From Arcobacteraceae bacterium (GTDB lineage: Bacteria > Campylobacterota > Campylobacteria > Campylobacterales > Arcobacteraceae), in contig JBLWVX010000007.1 of NCBI GenBank assembly GCA_048268245.1, forward strand, positions 1 to 64,000: DNA of 64,000 bases. Reading direction: 5' to 3'. Position 1 is the stretch's first letter; each line of letters begins with the position of its first letter. Below the pieces are notes generated by a model. The model made no database searches, was not told the DNA's origin, and saw only the letters and a program-made list of their open reading frames with translations. Positions 38,230 through 49,195 of this stretch are shown piece after piece. The position numbers were made by a program, and so were the translations under genes.

Positions 38230-40353
38230 TTAAAACTCCAATGTTCCTTCAATAGCAAAGTTTGCTTTTGAATCTAATTCAGCATGAGATAATACAGCTA
38301 CTTGAAGACCAAACTTTTCATATATTTCAGAAATTCTTTTTCTAAGTGATGGGTCAACTACCATTGCAACTTTACTATACCCTTTTGCTTCAATTTGCTC
38401 AATTAAATCTTTTGTATGGGTTACAAGGTTATTAATTTCAGCAATTGATAACATAAGCTGTGTTGCACCATGTTGGTCTTGTAGTTTTCCAATAAACTGT
38501 TGTTCTAACTCAGGTTTTATAGTAACAATATGTAAAACGCCATCATTATCAACATATTTTTGAGTAATTAATCTATAAAGCTTAGATCTAACATGTTCAA
38601 GTAAAACATCAGGTGCTTTAGTAAATTCAGCAATATCTGCAATAGCTTCAACAATTGTTAACATATCAACAATTGGTATTTTTTCATGAAGTAAATCTTT
38701 TGATACTTTTAATAAAGTTCCATATGATGTAACTTTCATAGCTTCATCAACTACTATAGGGAAGTCTTTTTTTAACCTATCAATAATATCAACAATATCT
38801 TGTCTTGTAATAATATCTTCTGCATGCTTTTTAATAATCTCTGATATATGAGTTGAAATAATAGTAGGAGCATCAACAACTGTAAAACCTTTCATTAATG
38901 CTTCTTCTTTTAAATCTTGAGAAATCCATGTTGCATCAAGATTAAATACAGGTTCTTTTACTTTTAAACCTCTAAGTTTTTCTGTACCTAAACCTCCCAT
39001 TGCAAGAAGTTTGTCAGTTTCAACTCTACCTTTAACTAATGGAATTCTTTTTAAATATAATTGATACTCATTTGGAGCAAGACTTGCATCATCTGAAATT
39101 CTAATTTGAGGAATGATAAAACCTAACTCACCTGCTATTGTCTTTCTAATAGCTTTGATTTTATCTAAAAGTTCAGAATTTCCTTGAACTAATTGAAGAA
39201 GTCTAATTCCAAGTTTTAACTCCAAGACTTCCATTTTCATAATAGTTTCAATATTCTGTTCTTCATTTGCAGCTGCTGCTTGCTTTTTCTTCTCTTTTAT
39301 AGTTTCAATATCATCAGTCATCTTAGTTTTAGATTCTTTTTCCTCCGGTTTAGTTTGAAAGAATCTTGTAATTGCATTTTCTTGACCATTTTCAATCATA
39401 CTTATTGTATAACCTATAAATATCATCATTGCACCCATAACAACTAAAATACCTGTAGGGAAACCTGGTACAAAACCAAAAAGAATCATACCAATACCAA
39501 CTAATACTAAAGCTTTTGAATCTTTTACAAGTTGTATTACAGATTGGTTTGCAAATTTATCTTCATCCATATTAGATCGTGTAATAATAATAGCAGTTGC
39601 TGTTGATAAAATAAGTGCAGGAATTTGAGCTACTAGTCCATCACCAATCGTTAAAATTGTATAAATTTTTCCACTTTCAGTAACAGTCATATCATGTTGG
39701 AAAAGACCTATCAATAATCCACCAATTAAATTTACTAAAGTGATAATAATACCAGCAACAGCATCACCTTTTACAAACTTAGATGACCCATCCATAGCTC
39801 CATAAAAGTTTGCTTCAGAAATCAGTGATTTTCTTCTTTCTTGTGCTTCTTTATCATCAATAAAACCAGCATTTAAATCTGCATCAATAGCCATTTGTTT
39901 ACCAGGCATTGAATCAAGATTAAATCTTGCAGTAACTTCAGCAACCCTTGTAGCACCTTTTGTTACAACCATAAAGTTAATAAGTACTAAAATAATAAAT
40001 ACAATAATACCTATTACCATATTTCCACCAACAACAAATTCACCAAAGGCTGAAATAATCGAACTTACAGCATCAGGGCCATTATGTCCCTCACTTAAAA
40101 TAGATCTAGTAGTTGCAATATTTAAGGAAAGCCTAAATAGTGCTAATATAAGTATAATTGTTGGAAAAGTTGTTAAGTCTGAGGGTTTATGAATATATAA
40201 TGAGATTAATAAAATAAGTAATGATAAAGATAAAGATATTACCAAAAAAAAATCTAATATACCCTTTGATAAGGGAACTATAATAATTACTAATATAGAT
40301 ACAAATAATGCAACTACAAATAAATCTTTCGATAATATCTTTCTTATGTTCAT
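38230..40353 (-). CDS. flhA: Flagellar export gate protein FlhA
   Basis: RVAEVTARFNLDSMPGKQMAIDADL, FYGAMDGSSKFVKGDA. Confidence 0.97.
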   Translation of the reverse strand: MNIRKILSKDLFVVALFVSILVIIIVPLSKGILDFFLVISLSLSLLILLISLYIHKPSDLTTFPTIILILALFRLSLNIATTRSILSEGHNGPDAVSSIISAFGEFVVGGNMVIGIIVFIILVLINFMVVTKGATRVAEVTARFNLDSMPGKQMAIDADLNAGFIDDKEAQERRKSLISEANFYGAMDGSSKFVKGDAVAGIIITLVNLIGGLLIGLFQHDMTVTESGKIYTILTIGDGLVAQIPALILSTATAIIITRSNMDEDKFANQSVIQLVKDSKALVLVGIGMILFGFVPGFPTGILVVMGAMMIFIGYTISMIENGQENAITRFFQTKPEEKESKTKMTDDIETIKEKKKQAAAANEEQNIETIMKMEVLELKLGIRLLQLVQGNSELLDKIKAIRKTIAGELGFIIPQIRISDDASLAPNEYQLYLKRIPLVKGRVETDKLLAMGGLGTEKLRGLKVKEPVFNLDATWISQDLKEEALMKGFTVVDAPTIISTHISEIIKKHAEDIITRQDIVDIIDRLKKDFPIVVDEAMKVTSYGTLLKVSKDLLHEKIPIVDMLTIVEAIADIAEFTKAPDVLLEHVRSKLYRLITQKYVDNDGVLHIVTIKPELEQQFIGKLQDQHGATQLMLSIAEINNLVTHTKDLIEQIEAKGYSKVAMVVDPSLRKRISEIYEKFGLQVAVLSHAELDSKANFAIEGTLEF

Positions 40354-40382
40354 ATATGAATTTAACTTTTAATTTAAAATAA

Positions 40383-41537
40383 CTATCTAATAAAATTAAC
40401 TAATGATAATTCATTAGTCTTATTTATTGTTGAATATAAAGCTGTGAAAGTTAATTCTAAAGCTTTAGCTTCAACAGCAACTTTTGCTAAATCAGCTGCT
40501 GCAATTTCTTGAAACATAATATTGTATTGTGTGATTTTTGCAGAAATTTTCTCTTCTGAAATTTCAAATACTCTGTTTCTTCCACCAAGTTCTGCATGGG
40601 CAACATTTACTGCATCATAAGCACTATTAATGCTTTCTAAACCTTCTGTTAAAGCAGCATTAGCAACTGCATCACTTACAGGATTTCCATCAGAATCAAC
40701 TTTATTCAAAGCATTTACAACATTATCTATTTCATCAAATATGTTTGTTTTTGCTTCAAATTTTGTTCCATCAACATTTGGTGTAGTAATTTGATATGGA
40801 TACTTAGCAGCATTAGCTCCAGTATTTGGAGTAACTGTTAACTCATCTGTTGTAGCATTTCCATTAAAATCATATCTAACTAACTTAGTTGGAGCAGTTA
40901 TAGAATCTGGTTTCCACTCAAAACCATCTTGATCAACTATTCTTTGAGATGTTGAGAATTCTAAAGTTTCTGCTTTTGTTGCAGTATCTGTTGAATACAT
41001 CATCATATCAAAACCATTTACACCTTTTTGTCTATAAGAACCTTCGTCAACTGCTATTTTTCTTAAATGATTATCACCATTGTAATTAACTTCTCCTGTT
41101 ACAGGGTCTTGAACAAAAGATGCAATTGATGAGTCTGATCCTGAGAATAAATACTCTCCATCAATTTTCGTATTAGCTAAATCTAAAATATTTTGCTTAA
41201 CACCTGCAATACTAACTGCAATTGCTTTTTTACCTTCATCAGTTGTTGTATCTGTATTTGCTTTTAAAAGTTCACTTTTTACTTGTTCTAATAGAGTTTT
41301 AATCTCTGCAATAGCTGAATCTGATACATTGTTATGAACTGTTGTTTTATTTAATTGATCTTGAATTCCTTCAAAAGTTCTTATTTTATCTTCAACAAAA
41401 ATTTGTCTAGTAAATAAAACAGCATCATCACTACCATTGTCTATCTTTTTTCCTGTACTAGATTGATAAGATATTCTTTGTTGCTCGGCATTTAATCTAT
41501 CTAATCTATGTAATGTTACTTCTGTTTGATTTATCAT
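40383..41537 (-). CDS. flgL: Flagellar hook-associated protein FlgL
   Basis: STGKKIDNGSDDA, LANTKIDGEYLFSGS, flagellin-like termini. Confidence 0.85.
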   Translation of the reverse strand: MINQTEVTLHRLDRLNAEQQRISYQSSTGKKIDNGSDDAVLFTRQIFVEDKIRTFEGIQDQLNKTTVHNNVSDSAIAEIKTLLEQVKSELLKANTDTTTDEGKKAIAVSIAGVKQNILDLANTKIDGEYLFSGSDSSIASFVQDPVTGEVNYNGDNHLRKIAVDEGSYRQKGVNGFDMMMYSTDTATKAETLEFSTSQRIVDQDGFEWKPDSITAPTKLVRYDFNGNATTDELTVTPNTGANAAKYPYQITTPNVDGTKFEAKTNIFDEIDNVVNALNKVDSDGNPVSDAVANAALTEGLESINSAYDAVNVAHAELGGRNRVFEISEEKISAKITQYNIMFQEIAAADLAKVAVEAKALELTFTALYSTINKTNELSLVNFIR

Positions 41538-42838
41538 TGTAATACCTTTCTGAACATCTGTATAATATCATTGAAATTATACCGTTCCTGTGTACCTTGA
41601 GTTAAAAACTCTCTTATTTGCTCTTTTTTAGCCATTGCTGCATCTAATTCTGGATCCATACCAGGTTTATATGCGCCTACTCTAACTAAAACTTCATTCT
41701 CTTTTATTAACGATAATACTCTTTTTAACTTTAAAAAGCCATTATAATGCTCTTTATCCACTACTTTATCCATTACCCTTGAAGCTGATTTTAGAAGATT
41801 TATAGGGGGATAAAAACCTTGTTCAGTCAACTCTCTGGTAAGAACAATATGTCCATCTAAAATAGATCTACTTTGGTCAGCAATTGGATCATTCATATCA
41901 TCCCCATCAACAAGCACTGTAAAAAAAGCAGTTAATGAGCCTTTGTCATTATTACCAGCACGCTCCATTAGCTGTGGTAAAAGAGCAAAAACTGAGGGTG
42001 GATAACCTCTACTTACAGGTGGTTCGCCTGTACTTAATCCTATTTCTCTTTGAGCCATTGCAAATCTAGTTACAGAATCCATCATAAGTAAAACATCATG
42101 ACCTTTATCTCTAAAATATTCTGCAATTGCCATAGCAGTAAAAGCTCCATATTTTCTCATAAGTGCAGATTCATCAGAAGTTGCAGCAACTATTACTGTG
42201 TTTTCTAAATTATTATCAAGATTATAGTGAATAAATTCAGGTATTTCACGACCCCTTTCACCAATAAGAGCTACAACTTTTATTTGTGCTTCACAACCTT
42301 TTACAATCATTCCCATAAGGGTAGATTTACCAACACCAGAACCTGCAAAGATACCTACTTTTTGACCTTTTCCTGATGTTAGCATAGAATCAATAGACTT
42401 TACACCTGTTGAGAATCTTTCATCAATTATTCCCCTATCAAGAGGAGCCATTGATAGCTTATTTATGGCAGAGTTTTCATGTAAATCTTTTATTTTTCCT
42501 TTATCGTCAATAGGATCACCCAAAGCATTTACTACTCTTCCTAGAAGTCCATATCCACACTTAACAGAAAGACCTTCTTTTTGCAAGTAAACTTTATCAT
42601 GTATTCTAAAACCATCAATAAAAGAAAAAGGAACTATTGTAAAATCACTTCCATTTATAGAAGCAATCATTCCTAAAACAGTATATAGATGCTGAACAGA
42701 TTCAATTTTTACAATATCCCCAACTGCAACTTCTAACCCTGTTGCTATAACAGTTGTACTAGAAATATTTTTGATTCTTCCAAAAGCAACGGATAAATCA
42801 CTTGATTCAATATTACTAATTAATTTATCTAAATCCAT
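41534..42838 (-). CDS. fliI: Flagellar export ATPase FliI
   Basis: GIFAGSGVGKS, IGERGRE, DSVTRFAMAQREIGL. Confidence 0.96.
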   Translation of the reverse strand: MDLDKLISNIESSDLSVAFGRIKNISSTTVIATGLEVAVGDIVKIESVQHLYTVLGMIASINGSDFTIVPFSFIDGFRIHDKVYLQKEGLSVKCGYGLLGRVVNALGDPIDDKGKIKDLHENSAINKLSMAPLDRGIIDERFSTGVKSIDSMLTSGKGQKVGIFAGSGVGKSTLMGMIVKGCEAQIKVVALIGERGREIPEFIHYNLDNNLENTVIVAATSDESALMRKYGAFTAMAIAEYFRDKGHDVLLMMDSVTRFAMAQREIGLSTGEPPVSRGYPPSVFALLPQLMERAGNNDKGSLTAFFTVLVDGDDMNDPIADQSRSILDGHIVLTRELTEQGFYPPINLLKSASRVMDKVVDKEHYNGFLKLKRVLSLIKENEVLVRVGAYKPGMDPELDAAMAKKEQIREFLTQGTQERYNFNDIIQMFRKVLQ

Positions 42839-44832
42839 TACATCTCATCACACATTTTTTTATATAAACTATCAACTGAACCCTTTACTTCTTTACATCT
42901 TGTAATATACTCTTGTTTTTTTGCTTTATTATTTTGTAAATCATATATATTTATTAAATCATAATAAATCTTTACCTCATCATTTGGTTTTATACGTCTT
43001 GTATTCTCTAAACCTTCAATTAAATAATCCTTTGACTTATCTATATTATTTTTATCTTCTTCAAGTTTAGATAAGGCCATTTCAACAAATGGAGAATAAA
43101 TATATGCTTTTATTTCTTTTTGTTTATCATAAAGTTTATTTAAAATATCAATTGCTTCATCTTTTTTAATATGCTTTAACAAATAAAAATAGTAATCATA
43201 ATAAAAATCCACTATCAAAGGATTTGTTTCATTTTTCTTAATGTAATCTTTATTTCTAGTAGCATATGAGAAAAATTTATCTAAAGCTAAACTGTCATTT
43301 TGAAGTTTTATTATTTTATATCTAGTTAAAAATTCTTGTGCTAATACACCCTTATTATTTACCATTTCTACTTTTGCAGAATAATCTAAAGCTTCATCAT
43401 AAAGATTTAATGCTAGTGCCATTTTTTCTAAATATAAGTATATATTTGCATCTCTACTTGTATTAAAAGTACTTTTAATTTGATTATAAGCCCTTTCATA
43501 AGGCACATCAATTAAACATTCAAAGAACTTATATTTTACACTATCATCTTCAATTAGTCTCTCTAAAGTAGAGTTACTTGATGTTTTCAATGCATCATTT
43601 AAAGCAAAACATTTATTTTCATTTAAAAGCATTTTTATTCTATCTATATTAACTTCATCAAATATTGCATTCATTGATTCATATCCAAATCTTTTTGCAA
43701 TTGTATTTGAAATAGTTTTGTAAATCTTCTTTTTTCTTAAGATGTCATCAAATCTTTTTGCTTCTTTTTCATTTATTAGCTCTTGTAATAGAGCTTTTTG
43801 CTGCATTGATTCTGAATTTTCATATTTTTGAGAAACTACAGTTGTTTTTAATATATTTTGTCTCATCAGTATTTCATCAATGTACATTTTTGATTTTTCT
43901 AAATAAGCACCTTGAGAGTAGTCATTAATAATATCAGTGTATAAAGCTTTTGCTTTCTCTAAATAGTAATTTGTTCTATCATACATTAGCATGTAAGTAT
44001 TTGCCAATTTAAACTTAAAATCTTCAATTGACTCTTCTTTTGTTGTTCTATTTAATAACTCTTTTAAAATATTAGCTGCATGCTCTGGCATACCAGCTTT
44101 TATCAATTTATTTATTTTTCTATTTGCTAAATATGAATCATTTGCATAAAAGTCAATATTGTTTTTAAGAACTTGTGATATTAATTCATTTGCTTTTTCA
44201 TAATCTTCAGTAAAAATATATAAGTCAAATAACTCATTTGCTACAATAGTAGCTACTTCTTTATCTTTAGTTTTAGCTAAAATTTCATATAAAATTCTAA
44301 TAGCCATTTTAGGCTCTTGCTGATATTTATAAACCTTAGCTAAAGCTATTTTACCTCTTGTTTTTACAATTTTATCATTAAAGTTATTTACTATAATTTC
44401 AGCAAAATATTTTGCATCTTTTGATCTATTTGATTCAAGTTTTAAATCAACTAAAAGTTCATAAGCTTTTGGTAAATCATATTCATTTATTTGAGCAGAA
44501 TTAATAGCTTGCTCTAAAACTTTTGCAGCCTCAACAATAAATCTTTTTGACTCTTTTTTTAAAGATAACTCACTATAGATAATAATAATATCAGAATTTA
44601 AAACCTTTAATCTATTTTTGTCTTTAAAACTTTTAATTTGAGCATATGCTTCATCAATTTTTCCATCTTTTGCTAATTGTCTTGCATTTTGAATTAAATC
44701 AAAGCCATCACTTATTTCTTGCTTTCTTTGCTCTGATATTTGCGTACCCGAAGAGTTAATAAAACTATAGTAAAAATCCTTTTTTGCATATAGAAAATTT
44801 ATGAAAAGAAAAAATATAATTAAAAATCTCAT
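42838..44832 (-). CDS. Secreted/periplasmic TPR-rich protein in the flagellar operon
   Basis: Signal peptide and helical repeats; coupled between flhB and fliI. Confidence 0.75.
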   Translation of the reverse strand: MRFLIIFFLFINFLYAKKDFYYSFINSSGTQISEQRKQEISDGFDLIQNARQLAKDGKIDEAYAQIKSFKDKNRLKVLNSDIIIIYSELSLKKESKRFIVEAAKVLEQAINSAQINEYDLPKAYELLVDLKLESNRSKDAKYFAEIIVNNFNDKIVKTRGKIALAKVYKYQQEPKMAIRILYEILAKTKDKEVATIVANELFDLYIFTEDYEKANELISQVLKNNIDFYANDSYLANRKINKLIKAGMPEHAANILKELLNRTTKEESIEDFKFKLANTYMLMYDRTNYYLEKAKALYTDIINDYSQGAYLEKSKMYIDEILMRQNILKTTVVSQKYENSESMQQKALLQELINEKEAKRFDDILRKKKIYKTISNTIAKRFGYESMNAIFDEVNIDRIKMLLNENKCFALNDALKTSSNSTLERLIEDDSVKYKFFECLIDVPYERAYNQIKSTFNTSRDANIYLYLEKMALALNLYDEALDYSAKVEMVNNKGVLAQEFLTRYKIIKLQNDSLALDKFFSYATRNKDYIKKNETNPLIVDFYYDYYFYLLKHIKKDEAIDILNKLYDKQKEIKAYIYSPFVEMALSKLEEDKNNIDKSKDYLIEGLENTRRIKPNDEVKIYYDLINIYDLQNNKAKKQEYITRCKEVKGSVDSLYKKMCDEM

Positions 44833-44835
44833 AAT

Positions 44836-45888
44836 TTACCTTTTATTCTTTTTTAGTTCATATATATATGAGAAAATTTCTGCCAATGTTTTATAAAACT
44901 CACTTGGAACTTGTTGTTCAACTTCTATTTGATCAAATAAAGCCCTTGCTAAAGCTGGATTTTCAATAATTGGAATATCATTTTCTTTTGCAATATCTTT
45001 TATTTTTATAGCTAAAAAATCTATACCTTTAGCTATCATTTTAGGTGCAGAATCTACACTGTTATCATATTTCATAGCAACTGCATAATGGGTAGGATTT
45101 GTAATTACAACATCCGCATCAGGAACATCTGACATCATTCTTTTTTGTGCCATTTGCATTTGTATTCTTCTAATACGACCTTTTACTTGTGGATCTCCAT
45201 CCATATTTTTAAATTCATCTTTTATCTCTTGTTTACTCATTCTAAGAGACTTCATATAATAATGTCTTGTAAAATAAAAATCAATTATAGCAAAAATAAT
45301 TATAATAAGTAATATCGCAGCTAAGAAATAAGCTGTTAATTCTATCATTGTATTAATAGTACCTATAGTTTCTTGATCCATCATAGAAAGCATCATTTCA
45401 CCTGTAAAAAGAAAAAGCATAACCATTACAGCCATAATAATTATAAGTTTTAATGTCAATTTGAAAGCTTCGACTAATTTTTTTAAACCAAATACATTTT
45501 TCATTCCCTTAATTGGGTCTAGTTTTTGCAGATCTAACTTTATTGGTGTTACGATCATTCCAAACTGCACCCAATTAAAAATTAGAGCTAATACAAAAAC
45601 TAATATAAAAATAGGTGCTAAAGCTTTAAAAGTTGCCATTGTTACAGAATAAGTCAAAGAATAAAATATTGTATTATCCATTTCTTGACCAATCAAATTA
45701 TAACAATACATCATAAGCTTTTTGATTTCAAACATTGCAGATGATGAAAAAAACAGTAAGTATAAAGAGCCAAAAAACAGTATTGCAGCCCCTGTTACTT
45801 CCATGGATTTAGCAACATTACCTTCTTTCTTGGCATCCTCTATTTTTTTGGGTGTGGGTTCTTCGGTTTTTTCGTCTTCATCAGCCAT
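44836..45888 (-). CDS. flhB: Flagellar export protein FlhB
   Basis: EKTEEPTPKK; NPTH autocleavage motif. Confidence 0.97.
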   Translation of the reverse strand: MADEDEKTEEPTPKKIEDAKKEGNVAKSMEVTGAAILFFGSLYLLFFSSSAMFEIKKLMMYCYNLIGQEMDNTIFYSLTYSVTMATFKALAPIFILVFVLALIFNWVQFGMIVTPIKLDLQKLDPIKGMKNVFGLKKLVEAFKLTLKLIIIMAVMVMLFLFTGEMMLSMMDQETIGTINTMIELTAYFLAAILLIIIIFAIIDFYFTRHYYMKSLRMSKQEIKDEFKNMDGDPQVKGRIRRIQMQMAQKRMMSDVPDADVVITNPTHYAVAMKYDNSVDSAPKMIAKGIDFLAIKIKDIAKENDIPIIENPALARALFDQIEVEQQVPSEFYKTLAEIFSYIYELKKNKR

Positions 45889-45901
45889 TATACAATCCTA
45901 C

Positions 45902-46651
45902 TTATTGAAACTTAGATAAAAAATATTCTGTAAAAGTTTCTGTAAATACTTCCATCCCAAACATTAAAAATAGAAAAATCAAACCAAACTTCATCTGAAA
46001 TGTAATAACAAAAGGTGAAAATGCTGGCATTGATTTTGTTCCATAACCATAATATAAATCTATAATAAAACCAATAAAAAATAAAGGTAAGGCAAATGCG
46101 AAAGCAAATGCGAACATTCTTTTTATCTCATCAATTGCTAGTTGAATTCCATCGTATGAAAATATATCAAAAGATCCTAAATGAACCATTGAAAAACTTT
46201 TAACTAACATTACAATTGTTAATTCATACATTCCTGTTTGAAAAAATAGTGCAATAATTATCCAATATAAAAGCCTAGATACTAAACCTTCTTGAGAACC
46301 AGTTGAAGGGTCAAACATCATAGCCATAGATAAAGCAGTAGAGTAACCTACAAAATCACCAATAATCCTTACTGCTGCAAACATTATATGAAAAAAAAGT
46401 GAAGCTATCGCACCTAAGGTAATCTCTGAAATCAACCCTATAATAAAAGTTTCTTGCGTAATTGCTGTAGTTACATCAACAACAGGAAATAAAAATACTG
46501 TTATATAAAATGCGAAGGCTATTCTTATTCTTACACTTACTGCTGCATCACCAAATATTGGCATAAATGCAACAAATGCTAAGATTCTAGCAAGTAAGAG
46601 TAGAAATTCATAGATTACATTTTCATTTAATAAAGATAGAAAGGCTTCCAT
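45902..46651 (-). CDS. fliR: Flagellar export protein FliR
   Basis: Hydrophobic 249 aa; ARILAF..MPIFG, SEITLG, FDPSTG; precedes flhB. Confidence 0.92.
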   Translation of the reverse strand: MEAFLSLLNENVIYEFLLLLARILAFVAFMPIFGDAAVSVRIRIAFAFYITVFLFPVVDVTTAITQETFIIGLISEITLGAIASLFFHIMFAAVRIIGDFVGYSTALSMAMMFDPSTGSQEGLVSRLLYWIIIALFFQTGMYELTIVMLVKSFSMVHLGSFDIFSYDGIQLAIDEIKRMFAFAFAFALPLFFIGFIIDLYYGYGTKSMPAFSPFVITFQMKFGLIFLFLMFGMEVFTETFTEYFLSKFQ

Positions 46652-46657
46652 TAAATA

Positions 46658-49192
46658 CTACATATAATCTAAATTTTTATCATCAGTTTTATTATTCTCT
46701 CTTGCTTCTAATATACTTCTAGTATCTGAGCTATTATTTTGTGAACCTTTATTTTGTTTAGTATTCTCTTGATTATTTGAAGAGTTATCGTTATTTTCAT
46801 TTGAATTAAAATCTAAATTGAAATTAGACTCTTCATTAAATGTTTTACTTAATGCATTCTTTAAACCATTTTGACTATCAATAAAGGCTTCAAGTGTAGA
46901 ATTATTTGAAATATTCATACTAATATTAATGCCATTATCTTTATCACTTTTCATAATAATTGCAATTGAACCAAGGTTTGCTGGGTTTAAATTAATTCTA
47001 AAAGCAGTCACAGGAGGCTTATAATTTTCATACATTTGTCTAGCAACATCTGACATCATTGTAGACATTTGCTGCTTAGCACCAATAATTCTTGCTTGTA
47101 TACTTTGAGCTAAAGAAGGATTAACATTTACAGTAACCTCTTCTATTTTTTCTGTAGAAGTTGAAACTGTGTTTATTAAAGTTTCAGTTGCCTTTACTGT
47201 ATTTGTAATTTCTATGTTTTTATTTATTATATTTCTAATTTCATCTTGTTTAACACTATTACTCATAGCAAGTCTATCTAAAAGGCTTCTTCTATCTGTA
47301 TAAGCTTTATCTTCAACTTTTATTTCTTGATTATTACTTACTTTCACCTCAACTTTTTTAGCATTTAAATCAAGCTTTTTCGCCGCTTCTTTTACATCTT
47401 CCGTACTTTTTGCATTTTTAACTTGATTTATAGCATCTGCTTTATTTGCAAGTGAGCTTTTATTGGCATTACTTCTTTGTGTGCTTAAATAAATATTTGT
47501 TAAAAAATCTTTTGAATCATTACTATTTTTAACAGAAGAACTAGCATCATTTTTTTGTACTTCAACATTTGTTTTAACATCATTTAATGTTTTTTTCTCA
47601 TCTATTTTTTTACTATCATCAACTAATTTATCAAGCAAAGATTTACTATCTTCTTTTTTATCATCATTTTTAATAATATTAGGTGATTCAAGCTCTTTTT
47701 TTGAAATATTTACTGTTTGTTCACTATTTTTAGAATCAATTGAAGCTAATTCTTTTGCAACTTTTTCACTCTTAATATCATATGATTGACTTGAAACCAA
47801 TGATTCTTTATTTAAATTATTGTTATTCTCAACTTTTGTGTTACTTAAAACTTCACTTGATACTTTTGTTTCTTTTACTTCTTTCTTCTCAGTTAAGTTA
47901 ACATTATTTATATTTTTAGTTTTTTCAAAATCTGAAACTTCTTTAGAATTTGAACTATTAACATCTTTTTTATCAATAGTTTCAGTTTTAAGCTCTGTTG
48001 TTTTTAATATATCTTGATTTTTTTCTGTTTTAACTGAACTATTTGAAGACACAATGATGTCAAGATTAGTACTCTTATCATCAATTGTTGTACTATTTAA
48101 TACTTGTATATTTTTTGATTCTTCAGAAACTTCATTTTGTATTTGATTCTCATTTTTACTTATTTGAGTTAAATTAGCTTCTTGTGTATTCTCAAAAGCT
48201 TTAGAATTAACACTAATATTTTCTTTATTAGATTTCTTTTCACTTATTGAAACTTCTTCTTTTTTATCATTATCAGTGATTATTTTATTCTGAGAGTTTT
48301 TATCTGACGCTTCAACTGTCTTATTATTTAAAGTCGAATTATCTACTTTTAAAGTATCTTTTTTTTCTTCTACTATTTTATCTTTTACACCTGATTTTTC
48401 TAAATCTTTATTTTCAACATCAGTTTTAACTTTTGTATCAGGCAAAGACTCTGCTTTTATATCTTTTGTTTTTTTATCACTAGAGTTTTCTACATCATTT
48501 GAATTATTAGGTAAACTATTAGCAGTATTATTTTTTTCATTCTCTAAATTATCTTTAGCATCTTTTTTAGAAATATTGTGAAGGAGATCTTTTTTTTCTT
48601 CAATTTTATTATCAATATTTTTACTACTTGTTTTATTCTCTTCAGAAGACTCATCTAAGGTATCTTTATTAGATGTTGAAACTTTTTCAACATCTTTAAT
48701 ATTTTCTTTTTCTGTTTTAATTTCTTTTTTAGATTCACTTTTCGCTTCAACTATTAATCTATCAAGTAATGAACTTTGTTTAGAAGAAGATGTATTAGTA
48801 CTATTTTTTGAAGTCTTTAAAGTTGAACTATCTTCAGTATTAACTTTTGCTAAATCTGTATTTTTTGTATTAGACTGTTTTAAATCACTATCTTTTAATG
48901 AAGTTTTATCTTCTTGATTTATATTTTTATCAGTAGTCTTAACTTCTTTTTTTACTTCTTCATTTATAGTTGATTTATTAACATTACTTTCATTTTCACT
49001 ATTTCTTTCTTTAGTGGGAATTTCTGTTTTATTTTCATTTAAAACAGGTTTTTTTTCTTCTTTCATTCCACTTAACATAGAATCAAAAAAAGAAGCTCCT
49101 TCTTTTTTTTCTCCCTTATTAGAAGTTTTATTACTAGATGAAGCTTCATTTACAGTAGTCTGTTTTGTTAAAAAATCAACTTGTTTACTCAT
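46658..49192 (-). CDS. fliK: Flagellar hook-length control protein FliK (long)
   Basis: K/N/S/E low-complexity body; C-terminal INLNPANLGSIAI domain. Confidence 0.85.
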   Translation of the reverse strand: MSKQVDFLTKQTTVNEASSSNKTSNKGEKKEGASFFDSMLSGMKEEKKPVLNENKTEIPTKERNSENESNVNKSTINEEVKKEVKTTDKNINQEDKTSLKDSDLKQSNTKNTDLAKVNTEDSSTLKTSKNSTNTSSSKQSSLLDRLIVEAKSESKKEIKTEKENIKDVEKVSTSNKDTLDESSEENKTSSKNIDNKIEEKKDLLHNISKKDAKDNLENEKNNTANSLPNNSNDVENSSDKKTKDIKAESLPDTKVKTDVENKDLEKSGVKDKIVEEKKDTLKVDNSTLNNKTVEASDKNSQNKIITDNDKKEEVSISEKKSNKENISVNSKAFENTQEANLTQISKNENQIQNEVSEESKNIQVLNSTTIDDKSTNLDIIVSSNSSVKTEKNQDILKTTELKTETIDKKDVNSSNSKEVSDFEKTKNINNVNLTEKKEVKETKVSSEVLSNTKVENNNNLNKESLVSSQSYDIKSEKVAKELASIDSKNSEQTVNISKKELESPNIIKNDDKKEDSKSLLDKLVDDSKKIDEKKTLNDVKTNVEVQKNDASSSVKNSNDSKDFLTNIYLSTQRSNANKSSLANKADAINQVKNAKSTEDVKEAAKKLDLNAKKVEVKVSNNQEIKVEDKAYTDRRSLLDRLAMSNSVKQDEIRNIINKNIEITNTVKATETLINTVSTSTEKIEEVTVNVNPSLAQSIQARIIGAKQQMSTMMSDVARQMYENYKPPVTAFRINLNPANLGSIAIIMKSDKDNGINISMNISNNSTLEAFIDSQNGLKNALSKTFNEESNFNLDFNSNENNDNSSNNQENTKQNKGSQNNSSDTRSILEARENNKTDDKNLDYM

Positions 49193-49195
49193 AAT

